From positions 32,001 through 96,000 of the forward strand of contig JBHLMN010000010.1 in the NCBI GenBank assembly GCA_048938105.1: a DNA stretch of 64,000 nucleotides. The letters are read 5' to 3'. Below the pieces are notes generated by a model, which was not told the DNA's origin, ran no database searches, and saw nothing but the letters and a program-made list of their open reading frames with translations. Every line of letters starts with the position of its first letter. Position 1 is the first letter of the stretch. Below, in pieces: positions 8,992 through 19,255 of the stretch. Source of the stretch: Promethearchaeota archaeon. GTDB lineage: Archaea > Asgardarchaeota > Heimdallarchaeia > Hodarchaeales > Hodarchaeaceae. The position numbers and the translations under genes are program-made.

Positions 8992-10638
8992 ATGAAAACT
9001 TTAGACGAGGTTACAAGATGGGGAAGAGGATCTAAACCTGCGCATGTTAAATTCACTAATGCACTCAAAAATTATATTTTTGAAATGTTAGGAATGGATT
9101 TACAAACAAAGAAGAAAATATATCCACAAAAACGTTCTTTAGATGATTATTTCACCGAACCTCAACTTCCTGAAGAATTTATCAAGAAATTAACACAAGA
9201 ACTTGGCTCAGATCAAGTTTCTAGTGATTTTCAGGAGAGAGTGAAAAACTCAATTGGAAAATCATATCTCGAATTAATTCAAGCACGAATAACTGATATT
9301 CCCTCTTTAGTTGAAGTAGTAGTATATCCTAGGACACATAATGAAGTTGTCAAAGTTATAGAAATAGCCAATGAATTTAAAATCCCTATATCTCCTGTTG
9401 GTGGAGGAACTTCGATGACATTGGGGATTCAAGCTCCTTCAGGTTCAATTGCTGTAAATCTATCTCATATGAATCAAGTATTAATGATTAACAAAGATTC
9501 TCTATATATTACGACTCAGGTTGGTATTTCTGGACCTGAACTTGAGAGCATCTTAAATCACGAGAATCTAACTCTAGGTCACTTCCCTCAATCCTTTAAC
9601 TATAGTTCTGTGGGAGGATGGGTTGTTACACGAGGAGCAGGTCAAAATTCAACTCTTTATGGAAAAATTGAAGATATGATCATGGGATTCAAATTTGTAA
9701 CAGGTATTGGCGAAACCTTAATCACTCGTAAATCTCCTGCAAGAGCTACTGGTCCTGATTTAAATCAGATTATTGCTGGATCTGAAGGAGCTTTTGGTAT
9801 ACTTACTGAGGTTACATTAAGAGTTTCAAAATTACCTCAAAAAACAAAAATGGCAAGTTTTTTCTTTCATGATTTTGAGGAAGGAGTAACAGCTTTTAAG
9901 AATTTACTTCAGGATGGATTCATTCCTGCCATAATACGGCTATATAATGCGGAAGAAACTTTCTCTAGCTTACGTAGTTCAGCGTTAATGAAAGACCCTC
10001 CTAAAGAATCATTTCTCATTCGAGCAGCATTAAAGTACGTCGAATCTCGAGGTTATTCTGAAAAAACCCGTTGTTTGTCTGTTGTGGTTTTTGAAGGAAA
10101 TTCTGACTTGGTAAAAGTAACTCGAAAAAAAACAATAGCTTATGCAAAAAAGGCTGGGGGAATTTCTCTTGGTTCGATTCCTGCAAAATCATGGATTAAA
10201 TCTCGTTATGAATCACCTTTTCTTCGAGATCCTATTATTGATTATGGAATACTTGTCGAAACATTTGAAACGAGTACAACTTGGGAAAATATTGTTCCTC
10301 TGTATAATGCTGTCCAAGAGATTCTTAAACCTGAATGTCCCGTTATCTGGATACATGCGAGTCATTTTTATAAAAATGGGGCGAATTTATACTTCCATCT
10401 TTTTGCTCCTCAAGAATTAAACAATGAAATTGAACAATTTCTTCGGATTAAAAAGAAAATCATTGATACATTCCTTGCGAACGGAGGAACAATAAGTCAT
10501 CATCATGGTGTTGGTAGAACATTCTCTCAATGGCTCTCTCAAGAAATCGGAGTAGAGGGAATTAATATATTACAAAATATTAAGAAAAGCCTTGATCCAA
10601 ATGGAATAATGAACCCTGGAGTATTCGGGTTACAATGA
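8992..10638 (+). CDS. FAD-linked oxidase, alkyldihydroxyacetonephosphate synthase-like
   Basis: PVGGGTS, GHFPQSFNYSSVGGWVVTRGAG...YGKIED, GSEGAFG, SHHHGVG, LDPNGIMNPG. Confidence 0.88.
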   Translation: MKTLDEVTRWGRGSKPAHVKFTNALKNYIFEMLGMDLQTKKKIYPQKRSLDDYFTEPQLPEEFIKKLTQELGSDQVSSDFQERVKNSIGKSYLELIQARITDIPSLVEVVVYPRTHNEVVKVIEIANEFKIPISPVGGGTSMTLGIQAPSGSIAVNLSHMNQVLMINKDSLYITTQVGISGPELESILNHENLTLGHFPQSFNYSSVGGWVVTRGAGQNSTLYGKIEDMIMGFKFVTGIGETLITRKSPARATGPDLNQIIAGSEGAFGILTEVTLRVSKLPQKTKMASFFFHDFEEGVTAFKNLLQDGFIPAIIRLYNAEETFSSLRSSALMKDPPKESFLIRAALKYVESRGYSEKTRCLSVVVFEGNSDLVKVTRKKTIAYAKKAGGISLGSIPAKSWIKSRYESPFLRDPIIDYGILVETFETSTTWENIVPLYNAVQEILKPECPVIWIHASHFYKNGANLYFHLFAPQELNNEIEQFLRIKKKIIDTFLANGGTISHHHGVGRTFSQWLSQEIGVEGINILQNIKKSLDPNGIMNPGVFGLQ

Positions 10639-10647
10639 TTCTCCTCC

Positions 10648-12291
10648 TTAAGGTTTCCAAACTAAACTTTCCTTATATTTCGTTATTTCTTCGTTCTTTT
10701 TCTCAGAGGACCATTCAAGAATTTCAGCCATTCGGTTTGCAATACTTTCAACACAATCTAAGCCCTGTTCTTCAGAAAGCTGAAGCTGGGTTCGTCTGAA
10801 CATGATATCATTTAAGGTTACCGCTTTCTCATGCTTTATATAATAATCAACTTCAGCAAGAATGTATGGACGATTCTTTGAAATTCTTTCCCGCAATAGA
10901 GGATTTAATTCCACCTGTTCACATACTTGGGGATAATTTTTTCCATATCTAAGTAAATGCCTAGCTATGTCCTTAGAGAACTGATACCGAATTGTTAAAT
11001 CTTCCATCGCAATGGTTACCCAATTATCCCAATGCTTCCCTTTTGTAGAGATCCAACCGTAGAGCGGAACCTTATCGGTTCGACACTTACTTTTTTTTCC
11101 CAATACCTCAGCAAACTGATCAACCAATTCCTTTGCCATTGAACGAAATGTAGTATATTTTCCACCCGTGATAGCGAATACATTTGGCTTTATTCTGAAA
11201 ATTTCATGCTTTCGTGAAACGTCAGATTCTGATTTTACATTTGGAGATACTATTAAGGGGCGTATCCCAGAATAAGCACTAACAATATCCTCTCTCTTTA
11301 AAATATCTGGAAAAAGGAAATTTGTAGCTTCAATTAAATATTCAATGTCCTCTTCAAGGACTGGAACAAAATCATAATCTTCTTTGTAATCGGTATCAGT
11401 TGTTCCAATTAAATTGTATTTACCAAAGGGACAAATGAAAAATATTCTACCGTCTCTGATAGGGAGACCTAAGACATAATCCTTCTTATAAATCCTTCTT
11501 GTTATAATATGAATTCCTTTTGTTGGACGTACTCTTTTTGGAACGGAGGGATCAAGATTTTGTACCACTAGATCAGTCCAAGGACCACAAGCTAAAACAA
11601 TTGTACGTGCTGTTATTTCAAATTCCTTATTGTCAAGTTTATCTCGAACATTAACCCCTTTAACTGTTCCTTCCGAGTTTTTGTTGAATGAAATTGCTTC
11701 ACAGTAATTGAGAACATGAGATCCATGCTCTTCAGCAGAGAGAATAACATCTAGTGTCAGCCTCGCATCATCCATTAACCCATCCCCATATAGAACTGCT
11801 CCTTGAAAATTCTCTTCTCTTAATGGTGAGGGAAGGAGTGTTTGTGCTTTTTCAACATTTAAAATCTTATGAAACGTGTAATTTCTAAAATTTGCCAATA
11901 AATCATATACCCATACTCCCTTTCGAAGTTTAGATTTTTTAAAAATCGTATCTGAATAAGCTGGTAAGATAAATTGGATGGGCCTTGAGAGGTGTGGAGC
12001 CATTTCAATTATTCTGTTCCGCTCCAGTGACCCTTCTCGGACAAGACGATACTCTTTCTGAGCAAGATAGCGAATACCCGCGTGAAGTATCTTTGAGGAG
12101 CCACTACTTGTACCATAACCGAAATCATTTTTCTCTATTAAAGCAACCGTGTAACCCCGTAAAACAGCATCACGTACAATACCTGCTCCAGATATTCCTC
12201 CTCCAATCACGAGTATATCAAACTCTTCAGCCTTCATTTTTTCAATTGTCTGTTCTCGATAATTTAGAAGGTCAATTTCCATACTATCCAT
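10648..12291 (-). CDS. glpD: FAD-dependent glycerol-3-phosphate dehydrogenase/oxidase (GlpD/GlpA family)
   Basis: IGGGISGAG, DFGYGTSSGSSKILHAGIRYL, DDARL, GIRPL, GGKYTTFR. Confidence 0.93.
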   Translation of the reverse strand: MDSMEIDLLNYREQTIEKMKAEEFDILVIGGGISGAGIVRDAVLRGYTVALIEKNDFGYGTSSGSSKILHAGIRYLAQKEYRLVREGSLERNRIIEMAPHLSRPIQFILPAYSDTIFKKSKLRKGVWVYDLLANFRNYTFHKILNVEKAQTLLPSPLREENFQGAVLYGDGLMDDARLTLDVILSAEEHGSHVLNYCEAISFNKNSEGTVKGVNVRDKLDNKEFEITARTIVLACGPWTDLVVQNLDPSVPKRVRPTKGIHIITRRIYKKDYVLGLPIRDGRIFFICPFGKYNLIGTTDTDYKEDYDFVPVLEEDIEYLIEATNFLFPDILKREDIVSAYSGIRPLIVSPNVKSESDVSRKHEIFRIKPNVFAITGGKYTTFRSMAKELVDQFAEVLGKKSKCRTDKVPLYGWISTKGKHWDNWVTIAMEDLTIRYQFSKDIARHLLRYGKNYPQVCEQVELNPLLRERISKNRPYILAEVDYYIKHEKAVTLNDIMFRRTQLQLSEEQGLDCVESIANRMAEILEWSSEKKNEEITKYKESLVWKP

Positions 12292-12309
12292 TTGAACTAC
12301 CTTATTGAT

Positions 12310-13053
12310 TCAGATTTGAAAGAATTCTTGAGCATTTAAGGTTGTAATTTTATCAACCTCTTCAAATGTACTCTCTTTTAAGGTTGCGATTTCCTCAATA
12401 GCATACTTTACGTTTGCGGGCTCATTCTTTTTACCTGGAATTGGACTAAGAAATGGTGTATCAGTCTCAACAACAATGTTTTCTAAGGGGATATTTTGAG
12501 CAATTCTACGGTGTAATTTTCGATTTCGCACAGCAGTAGGGATTGAGATGAACCAACCAAGGTCAATTGTTTTCTTTGCTTCTTCTAGGTTACCTGCAAA
12601 ACAATGCATAAGAACTGGTACATCAGCATTATTTTCCAGAATTTCCAAGCATTCTTTTTCAGCTTTTCGTGAATGAATTACTAGTGGTTTTTGTCGTTCA
12701 TTAGCCAATTGAATAAACTTGAGAAAGACTTCTTGTTGTTTTTTACGCCAATAAGAATCCTTTATCCAGTGATAATCTAAACCAACTTCCCCAATAGCTA
12801 CTAAAGAGGGATACTCCTGAATTTTTTCATACGCCACTAAAAAATCTATTTTTTGTATATGAGATGCTGAAAAACCTAAAGTGGTATACACAAACTGAGC
12901 ATTTTTGTTTTCAAGATATTCAGCGAATTCAATATGTCGAGGTTCAATCGCAGAATTAATTACCGCCTCAAGTCCTGATGTACGAGCATTTTCTACAATT
13001 TCATCAACGTTTTTCACAAAATCTGGTAAAAGGTGAGCATGAGAGTCAATCAT
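12310..13053 (-). CDS. tatD: TatD-family hydrolase
   Basis: IDSHAH, IGEVGLDY, IHSR, HCF, ETDTP. Confidence 0.95.
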   Translation of the reverse strand: MIDSHAHLLPDFVKNVDEIVENARTSGLEAVINSAIEPRHIEFAEYLENKNAQFVYTTLGFSASHIQKIDFLVAYEKIQEYPSLVAIGEVGLDYHWIKDSYWRKKQQEVFLKFIQLANERQKPLVIHSRKAEKECLEILENNADVPVLMHCFAGNLEEAKKTIDLGWFISIPTAVRNRKLHRRIAQNIPLENIVVETDTPFLSPIPGKKNEPANVKYAIEEIATLKESTFEEVDKITTLNAQEFFQI

Positions 13054-13204
13054 AAGCAGTTACCAACTAAATCAAGATCATAATACATCAATTTGTTAGT
13101 TATTCATTTAATTTTTTTTACTACTGAGGATGGCTTAACAACTTTTTTTTGGACATCCTAAATTGGTAATTATTACTTCCTCATCTTGATCTGAAGTGTT
13201 TTCG

Positions 13205-14392
13205 ATGAAAATTATTGATTTAGTCCATCAAAATGAAGAATTTCGGAAAGATACCTTAAATATGATTGTATCAGAAAATGTGTTGAGTCCTCAAGTGAAA
13301 CAAGCTCTAGGTATTCAGCACGCTCGTTACCATGCGGATTTTTATGGGGGGACACAAATCTTCAAACAAATTTATGATCAAACTCAATTTCTAACCAAGA
13401 AAGTTTTTCAGTGCAGTTCAACAGTCATCTCACCATTATCTGGGAATTTAGCAGTTGTAGCTGTTATTCTAGCCTTTACGAAACCCAAAGAGAAGATTGC
13501 AATTTTACCCCTATCACCTGCAGGTGGATATCCAATAAACATAGAGTTTTTTGGCAGAAAAAGAGTAAATATTCCATTCAACCCTGTGGAGTACAATATT
13601 GATCTCGCTCCAACGCTTGAAATGCTTTCAAAAGAAAAACCAAAGCTTGTGTTCTTAGGGTCTTCACTATTCCTTTTTCCTCACCCTGTTGAACCAATAG
13701 CCGATATTGTACATAATTATGGAGGAACGGTCGCATATGATGGTTCCCATGTCTTGGGTTTGATTGCTGGTGAGCAATTTCAAGATCCATTAAAAGAAGG
13801 GGCTGATTTACTCCTTGGTTCAACCCATAAATCGTTTCCAGGACCTCAAGGAGGAATCATTTTATCAAATAATTTTCATGATAAAAAATTAGAGGAAGTT
13901 ATTGGAACAAATCCCCTTGGTGGCATTGTTTTAGTTGATAACATCCATAATTCCCGTATCGCTGCATTGGGGATTGCACTCGAAGAGTTTCTAGAATACG
14001 GGAGAGAATATGCTAGTCAGGTAATTAAAAACTCTAAAACTCTTGCATATAGTTTAGATGCTAATAATATAATCCTTCAAGGTAAAGAAAAAGGATTTAC
14101 GCAATCTCACCAAGTATTAATGAGGATAAATAATTTTGATGAAGGAGCAAAATTAAGGAATCTTTTAATGGATTATCAAATTGTGACCGATGCAGGCATG
14201 CGTTTTGGAACAGCAGAGCTAACGCGTTTAGGGTTTTGTGAAGAAGAAATGAATAATCTTGGAAATATTATCGGAAAAATAATTTACAATCATCTTCAAT
14301 CTCAACCCCTTAAACCTTCGGAGATAAGTAGTATCAAGGAGGATGTAAAAAAACTCATTAAACTTGCTAAAGAATCAGATCTTATGGGATAA
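13205..14392 (+). CDS. glyA: Serine hydroxymethyltransferase-like PLP enzyme (archaeal type, divergent)
   Basis: NMIVSEN, YDGSHVLGLIAG, STHKSFPGPQGG (PLP Lys), RFGTAELTR. Confidence 0.8.
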   Translation: MKIIDLVHQNEEFRKDTLNMIVSENVLSPQVKQALGIQHARYHADFYGGTQIFKQIYDQTQFLTKKVFQCSSTVISPLSGNLAVVAVILAFTKPKEKIAILPLSPAGGYPINIEFFGRKRVNIPFNPVEYNIDLAPTLEMLSKEKPKLVFLGSSLFLFPHPVEPIADIVHNYGGTVAYDGSHVLGLIAGEQFQDPLKEGADLLLGSTHKSFPGPQGGIILSNNFHDKKLEEVIGTNPLGGIVLVDNIHNSRIAALGIALEEFLEYGREYASQVIKNSKTLAYSLDANNIILQGKEKGFTQSHQVLMRINNFDEGAKLRNLLMDYQIVTDAGMRFGTAELTRLGFCEEEMNNLGNIIGKIIYNHLQSQPLKPSEISSIKEDVKKLIKLAKESDLMG

Positions 14393-14497
14393 AAACTCAA
14401 AAACGGTATTCCATTGTGGCAACATTAAAGCAAAAAATCTTGATACATCTCCAAATTGTTCTCATTAAGAATCAATACAGCATTAGAGGCCACATTA

Positions 14498-15508
14498 ATG
14501 GAAGAAGCAGAATTTCGTGAGCTTATTCAACAATACGCTATGCAGGTGCGGTTAGACGAGGGGGAAGCAAGCCTGACATCTGTTTTGAAACTCGTAATTA
14601 CAGAAAATCCAGACTTAAAGACTCAAGTTCGTTCATCTGTATCTATTGTAAAAGAAGAAATTGCTAAAGTCAATAAGATTGCAGAAAATGACCTGGGAGA
14701 TGTTACTGCTGAAATTGAAGCTGGCGAATCCTCTGAATACGAAATGCTTGAAAATCTTGTAATACAAAAATTCACAGAAGACCAAAAACTAAAAGCCCAG
14801 ATCAAAGCTCTAATTATCTATGGATCTTATGCTAAACGTTTACATGTTGTTGGTGAGAGTGATATAAATTTTGTAGTTGTTTTAAGTTCTGATTATCCTC
14901 AAAGCGAGACAGAGGAAGCTATTGAAAAGATAGGCCAAATTGCAGAAGAGATTGTCACACCTGAAGTAGCTCATATCTTTGATCTGATGATCTTGAAAGA
15001 AGATGATCTTTCTCAATTAGAAAAATTCGGGCCTGATTTCACTTTCATTCATGCATTATATGCAAAAGATGGAGATGTCAAATTAGGTACAAACGTTTTC
15101 AATTCTTTAGATATCTCAGAAGAACAAATTCTTGAAGCAGCAAAATTACTAATTAGCGAAGCAATAGTACAATACGATGAAATTATTAACACTGCAAAAG
15201 AAGAGGGATTACCTGATGATGAACTAGAGTATCTTGTTAGTGCATCAATCATTGATATTGCTTTTGCCCTGTGTTGTTACAAAGTAGGTTTAAAAGCAGT
15301 AACGATGGATCTTGTTAAGCCTGATATCCATGAAGAAATTAGTGAGGTTTGGGGGGAAAAAGGAGCTTTTTCAGATTATTATGACATGTTACAACAAGCT
15401 CATGCATTTAAACTTGGTATAAAGCTTCCAAACTCTCAAGATTTTATGCAGAAAAGCATTGAGTTTATTGAAGAAGTGATAACTCACACTGGTTTAAAGC
15501 AAGAATAA
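14498..15508 (+). CDS. Acidic multidomain protein: archaeal GluRS-N-terminal-like helical domain + Pol-beta-type nucleotidyltransferase + helical (HEPN-like) C-domain
   Basis: ALIIYGSYAK...GESDINFVVV...IFDLMIL NTase motif; N-terminal GEASLTSVLKLVITENPDLK...VN. Confidence 0.7.
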   Translation: MEEAEFRELIQQYAMQVRLDEGEASLTSVLKLVITENPDLKTQVRSSVSIVKEEIAKVNKIAENDLGDVTAEIEAGESSEYEMLENLVIQKFTEDQKLKAQIKALIIYGSYAKRLHVVGESDINFVVVLSSDYPQSETEEAIEKIGQIAEEIVTPEVAHIFDLMILKEDDLSQLEKFGPDFTFIHALYAKDGDVKLGTNVFNSLDISEEQILEAAKLLISEAIVQYDEIINTAKEEGLPDDELEYLVSASIIDIAFALCCYKVGLKAVTMDLVKPDIHEEISEVWGEKGAFSDYYDMLQQAHAFKLGIKLPNSQDFMQKSIEFIEEVITHTGLKQE

Positions 15509-15525
15509 ACTTGAGTGTTTCTTAG

Positions 15526-16110
15526 CTAAAATTGAAATTCTTTGAGATACTTTTCTAAAAAAGAAAATTGATTTTTATACTGCTGCAATTGTTGGAGAGC
15601 ATGCATTTTGAATTCATGAAATTGATTCTTATCAAGCCAATGCTTTTTTCTGTATTCCTTTGATTGGTGAATCAGATCAATAAAATCTGATATTCTTGCT
15701 AAATGATACTCTTCACTATTCTTATCATTTAAAATCTTTTCAAAAGATTCTTTTAATAGAAGAGGAACCTTTTCTAAAATGTTACGAATTGCTCCTTCCT
15801 GAATTCTTTGTTGAAATTGCGCCAATTGTTCTTGGTTTACGACATTATTAATACTTTTATCCATATCGAAACACTCTGATTCTGAAAGATCATGAAATAA
15901 TCCAATTAATACAGCTTTCTCGACATCTAATGGAGTTTTCTTTTCTACGGCCCGAAATGAATTTTCCAGAATACACAAGGAATACGTGAGAAAAGCTACA
16001 GCCCACGAATGATCTGCAAGGGATTCGACTGAACTGAAAGGCACTCCAGCCCTCACCCACCCCTGTCTCGGCAATCTTTTCATTAAAATTATGTTTTCAT
16101 ATAGTTTCAA
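15526..16110 (-). CDS. HD-domain hydrolase (YfbR/HDDC2-like 5'-deoxynucleotidase)
   Basis: KRLPRQGW, ESLADHS, LFHDLSE. Confidence 0.9.
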   Translation of the reverse strand: MKLYENIILMKRLPRQGWVRAGVPFSSVESLADHSWAVAFLTYSLCILENSFRAVEKKTPLDVEKAVLIGLFHDLSESECFDMDKSINNVVNQEQLAQFQQRIQEGAIRNILEKVPLLLKESFEKILNDKNSEEYHLARISDFIDLIHQSKEYRKKHWLDKNQFHEFKMHALQQLQQYKNQFSFLEKYLKEFQF

Positions 16111-16799
16111 AGGTTACAATCACCTAAAATCAATTGGAATTAGCAAAGTAAAAAATAAGTCTACTTATTCTGATTTTTTTGCGTTCATTTTTTCATATAT
16201 TTTAATTCTTACATGGCCTTAAATCATCTTTTAACGCAACTAATGAAGTGATTATGAAGAAAAAAGCCTATTTAAATCGATTATACAAATTACGATTAAA
16301 AACTCTTATTTTCCTGATAACCTGTAAACATTAATTAAGGCCTTTATCCCAGTATTAATCGGAATCAAAAATGGCGAGAAAAATCAAAACGAAGGAAAAG
16401 AATGTTGGCCCCGCCATTGATGGTGATTCCCCCGAAATCAAAGAAAAAGCGGCAAATGAAGAAATATACAAGTCTGACATTGAGATGAGAAGAAATAAGG
16501 ATTTCTCTGTGAATATTTTCTTGTATTCATATCCAATTCCTCTCAGATACATAAAATACCCAAATTACCCCATAAATCTGATACCAGAAAAAGAAATATG
16601 ATCATAACAGATCTAAATTACTAAATCACATCAATGGTATTTATTGAAATTATCAATCTACGACTCTGCAACTCTTATAGATGCAATTTTTGATCTGTTC
16701 TCTTAAAACGTTACTACGCTACCTATAGAAGTTCTTTGAGTTCTAGGAACATCCCCCATTAAACGATGAAATTAAAAATTTTTAGAACAAGTCTAATCA

Positions 16800-17090
16800 T
16801 CAAACTTTAACATATACTTTTAGACGACGATTGGAAACAGCTTTTTTCAGAATCTTCTTTTCTTCCAATTCTTCTAATAGCTGTTTCGCTGCGGAAACAC
16901 GAATATCTTGCTTTGCAGCTATTTCCTGAGGTGTAACAACTACTGTTTTTCTTTTGGAATAATCTTTTTCTAACTCTTTGAATATTTTTTCGTAATCATC
17001 ACCAACCAGCAAGGAACGTTCATAACTAGAATATTCGAAAATTTTACCCCAGCGACGTTTCTTACGAACTCTTTTTTCAGAAAGACCCAT
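16800..17090 (-). CDS. rps25e: 30S ribosomal protein S25e
   Basis: Basic N-term KKRRWGK, VTPQEIA...IRVSAAKQLLEELEEK winged helix, C-terminal VY. Confidence 0.88.
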   Translation of the reverse strand: MGLSEKRVRKKRRWGKIFEYSSYERSLLVGDDYEKIFKELEKDYSKRKTVVVTPQEIAAKQDIRVSAAKQLLEELEEKKILKKAVSNRRLKVYVKV

Positions 17091-17338
17091 TAAAAGCTAC
17101 TCCACAAACTACAGGTAGATGTAAAACCTCTTAGAAGACGGTTTTTACGGTAATTAAACTAATTCAGGTTATCATGTATCAAGTTTTTATTCTTTTCGTG
17201 AAATTCTCTTTTTTTTATAACAAAATTTAATATTCTCTGCTATTTTATAGAATTATAACATCAGAAAATTCATTATTACAGTAAAAAGGAAGTATTGATT
17301 TTAGAAAGCTATTTTTTAGATGATAAAATGTTAATGAG

Positions 17339-18088
17339 ATGAGTATTTCATTGAACAAAGCATTTGGGGACAGTTTACTGGCATACTGGCGTGGCAATCT
17401 GGAAGCAAAGCATATCATAGAGCGGGATGATGGCTATAAACAAGAAATGCTAGTAGAATATCTTTTCAAGAATCACAATGAATGGCCTTTAGAGAAAGTT
17501 CGTTCACTTGAACATATTCCCTCAGGTTCAACTATTCTTGATGTGGGATGCGGTGTTGGAAGAATAGCTATTTATTTACAAAAAAAAGGACATAAAGTTG
17601 TTGGTTTGGATTCATGTCCAACAGCATTTCAGATCGCGAAAGCTCGAGGATTACAATATACATTTTTAGGGAATATCTTTGAACTAAAAAATTCACCGAT
17701 CTTTGATTCATTTGACACCATCTAAATGATGGGAAATAATTTTGGATTGTGTGGAGATATACCCAAAACAGAGAGGCTATTAAAAAGATTAAACTCTTTT
17801 CTTTCTCCAAATGGATTGCTTATTTTTTCTTGTCGTGACCCCTTCAATACTGACAATCCTTCTCATTTGACTTATCATGAACTTAACCGTAAGAAAGGAA
17901 AATCCCCAGGACTCGTACGAATTCGAATTCATTATCAAAATGCTATAGATAAATGGTGGAACCTTCTTCTTGTGGACGTTAATACCGTAATAAAAATCCT
18001 AGAAAACACAGAATACCAAAAAATCTCTATTTATCAGAATAATACTTCTCCTGTGTATTATATTGTAGCGAAGAAGTTGAAGTCCTGA
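17339..18088 (+). pseudogene. Class I SAM-dependent methyltransferase split by one in-frame TAA (17723-17725)
   Basis: IERDDG, ILDVGCGVGR in first ORF; continues in the same frame FDTI*MMGNNFGL. Confidence 0.85.
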
Positions 18089-18203
18089 ATTTCCCTGTTT
18101 ATATCCTCTTGCCCTATCTTATCAATCTTTGAATTCTCCTTATATTTTAACTCTGGAAGAAGAGGTCGGTATATTTCAGCAGTTGGATTAAAAACAACCA
18201 TTT

Positions 18204-19124
18204 TTATAGGTAAACTGAGTACAATTTCATTAAGCCTTCAATAAGAAAACCAAGAATACCTAAAATAATACAAGATTTCAACATCTTTTTCACAAGGGTT
18301 GCGTTTGAAATTATTTCTTCTTCTGTACGATTGAATAACAAATAACCGCAATAAAAAATCACTATATCAATGATTAATACAGTAAAAACGAAGATTGGAT
18401 TTATATAGTAATTCAGAAGAATCGGGAGGGGATCAACAAATATTAATACCAGTAATATCAGAAATCCAAGATTTCGTGCTGGCTTAACCCCGTACTTCAG
18501 GGCAACCGATTGGACATTCTTCAATTGATCCCCATGAACATCTTCAATATCCTTAATCACTTCTCTACCAACAATTAGTAAGAAGGCAAATATAACTGGA
18601 TAAATCATTGTTTCATAACTCTTTGTTAAAAATCCCCCGTAAATAAATGGGATAGCAGTAAGAAGTCCAATCATGATATTCCCCAAAAGACCAGATCGTT
18701 TAAAATAGATAGCATAAAGATAAAGAAGAATACCTCCAACAAGAGCAATGAAGGATGCTTGAATATTTATTATAAAACTGCTATATATATTAAAAAGAGG
18801 AACCGCGATACCAACAATAAAAAGAATGGTTGAATATCCTTTAGCTTGACCTATCGTCATTAATCCAGAAGGGAGAGGGCGATGGGGAGCATTTATCTTA
18901 TCGATTTCAATATCAAAAACATCATTTATTGCATATCCTCCAACAGCAATCACTGATGTTGCTAAATAACCTAACACAATTCCAACAATTTGACTTTCAC
19001 TTAATGGTAATTGATTTTCACTAACTGCTGCGATTGCACCTATTACAACCGCAAAACCTGATAAAAAAGAATTTAAAGGGCGACTGATTAAAAAAAACGC
19101 TAATAAAAGACGTTTTATGTTCAT
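18204..19124 (-). CDS. Digeranylgeranylglyceryl phosphate synthase (UbiA prenyltransferase family)
   Basis: RPLN, INDVFDIEIDKINAPHRPLPSG, REVIKDIEDVHGD; multi-TM. Confidence 0.92.
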   Translation of the reverse strand: MNIKRLLLAFFLISRPLNSFLSGFAVVIGAIAAVSENQLPLSESQIVGIVLGYLATSVIAVGGYAINDVFDIEIDKINAPHRPLPSGLMTIGQAKGYSTILFIVGIAVPLFNIYSSFIINIQASFIALVGGILLYLYAIYFKRSGLLGNIMIGLLTAIPFIYGGFLTKSYETMIYPVIFAFLLIVGREVIKDIEDVHGDQLKNVQSVALKYGVKPARNLGFLILLVLIFVDPLPILLNYYINPIFVFTVLIIDIVIFYCGYLLFNRTEEEIISNATLVKKMLKSCIILGILGFLIEGLMKLYSVYL

Positions 19125-19255
19125 AAAACACAGCTCAAGTCATTTTTCAGACTTAAGTGAACTCGATCTCACTTTTTTTTAAACTTGTGTACTCTTAGTG
19201 AAAACTAGCACTGTTAAATGAGACAATAAAAAAAGAGAAAAAAAATGGAGGAAGA

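Noticed and set aside
16355-16601. Overlapping short ORFs on both strands (16355-16552 -, 16371-16601 +)
   Set aside because: No recognisable motif; may be a decayed membrane-protein fragment; cannot choose a frame
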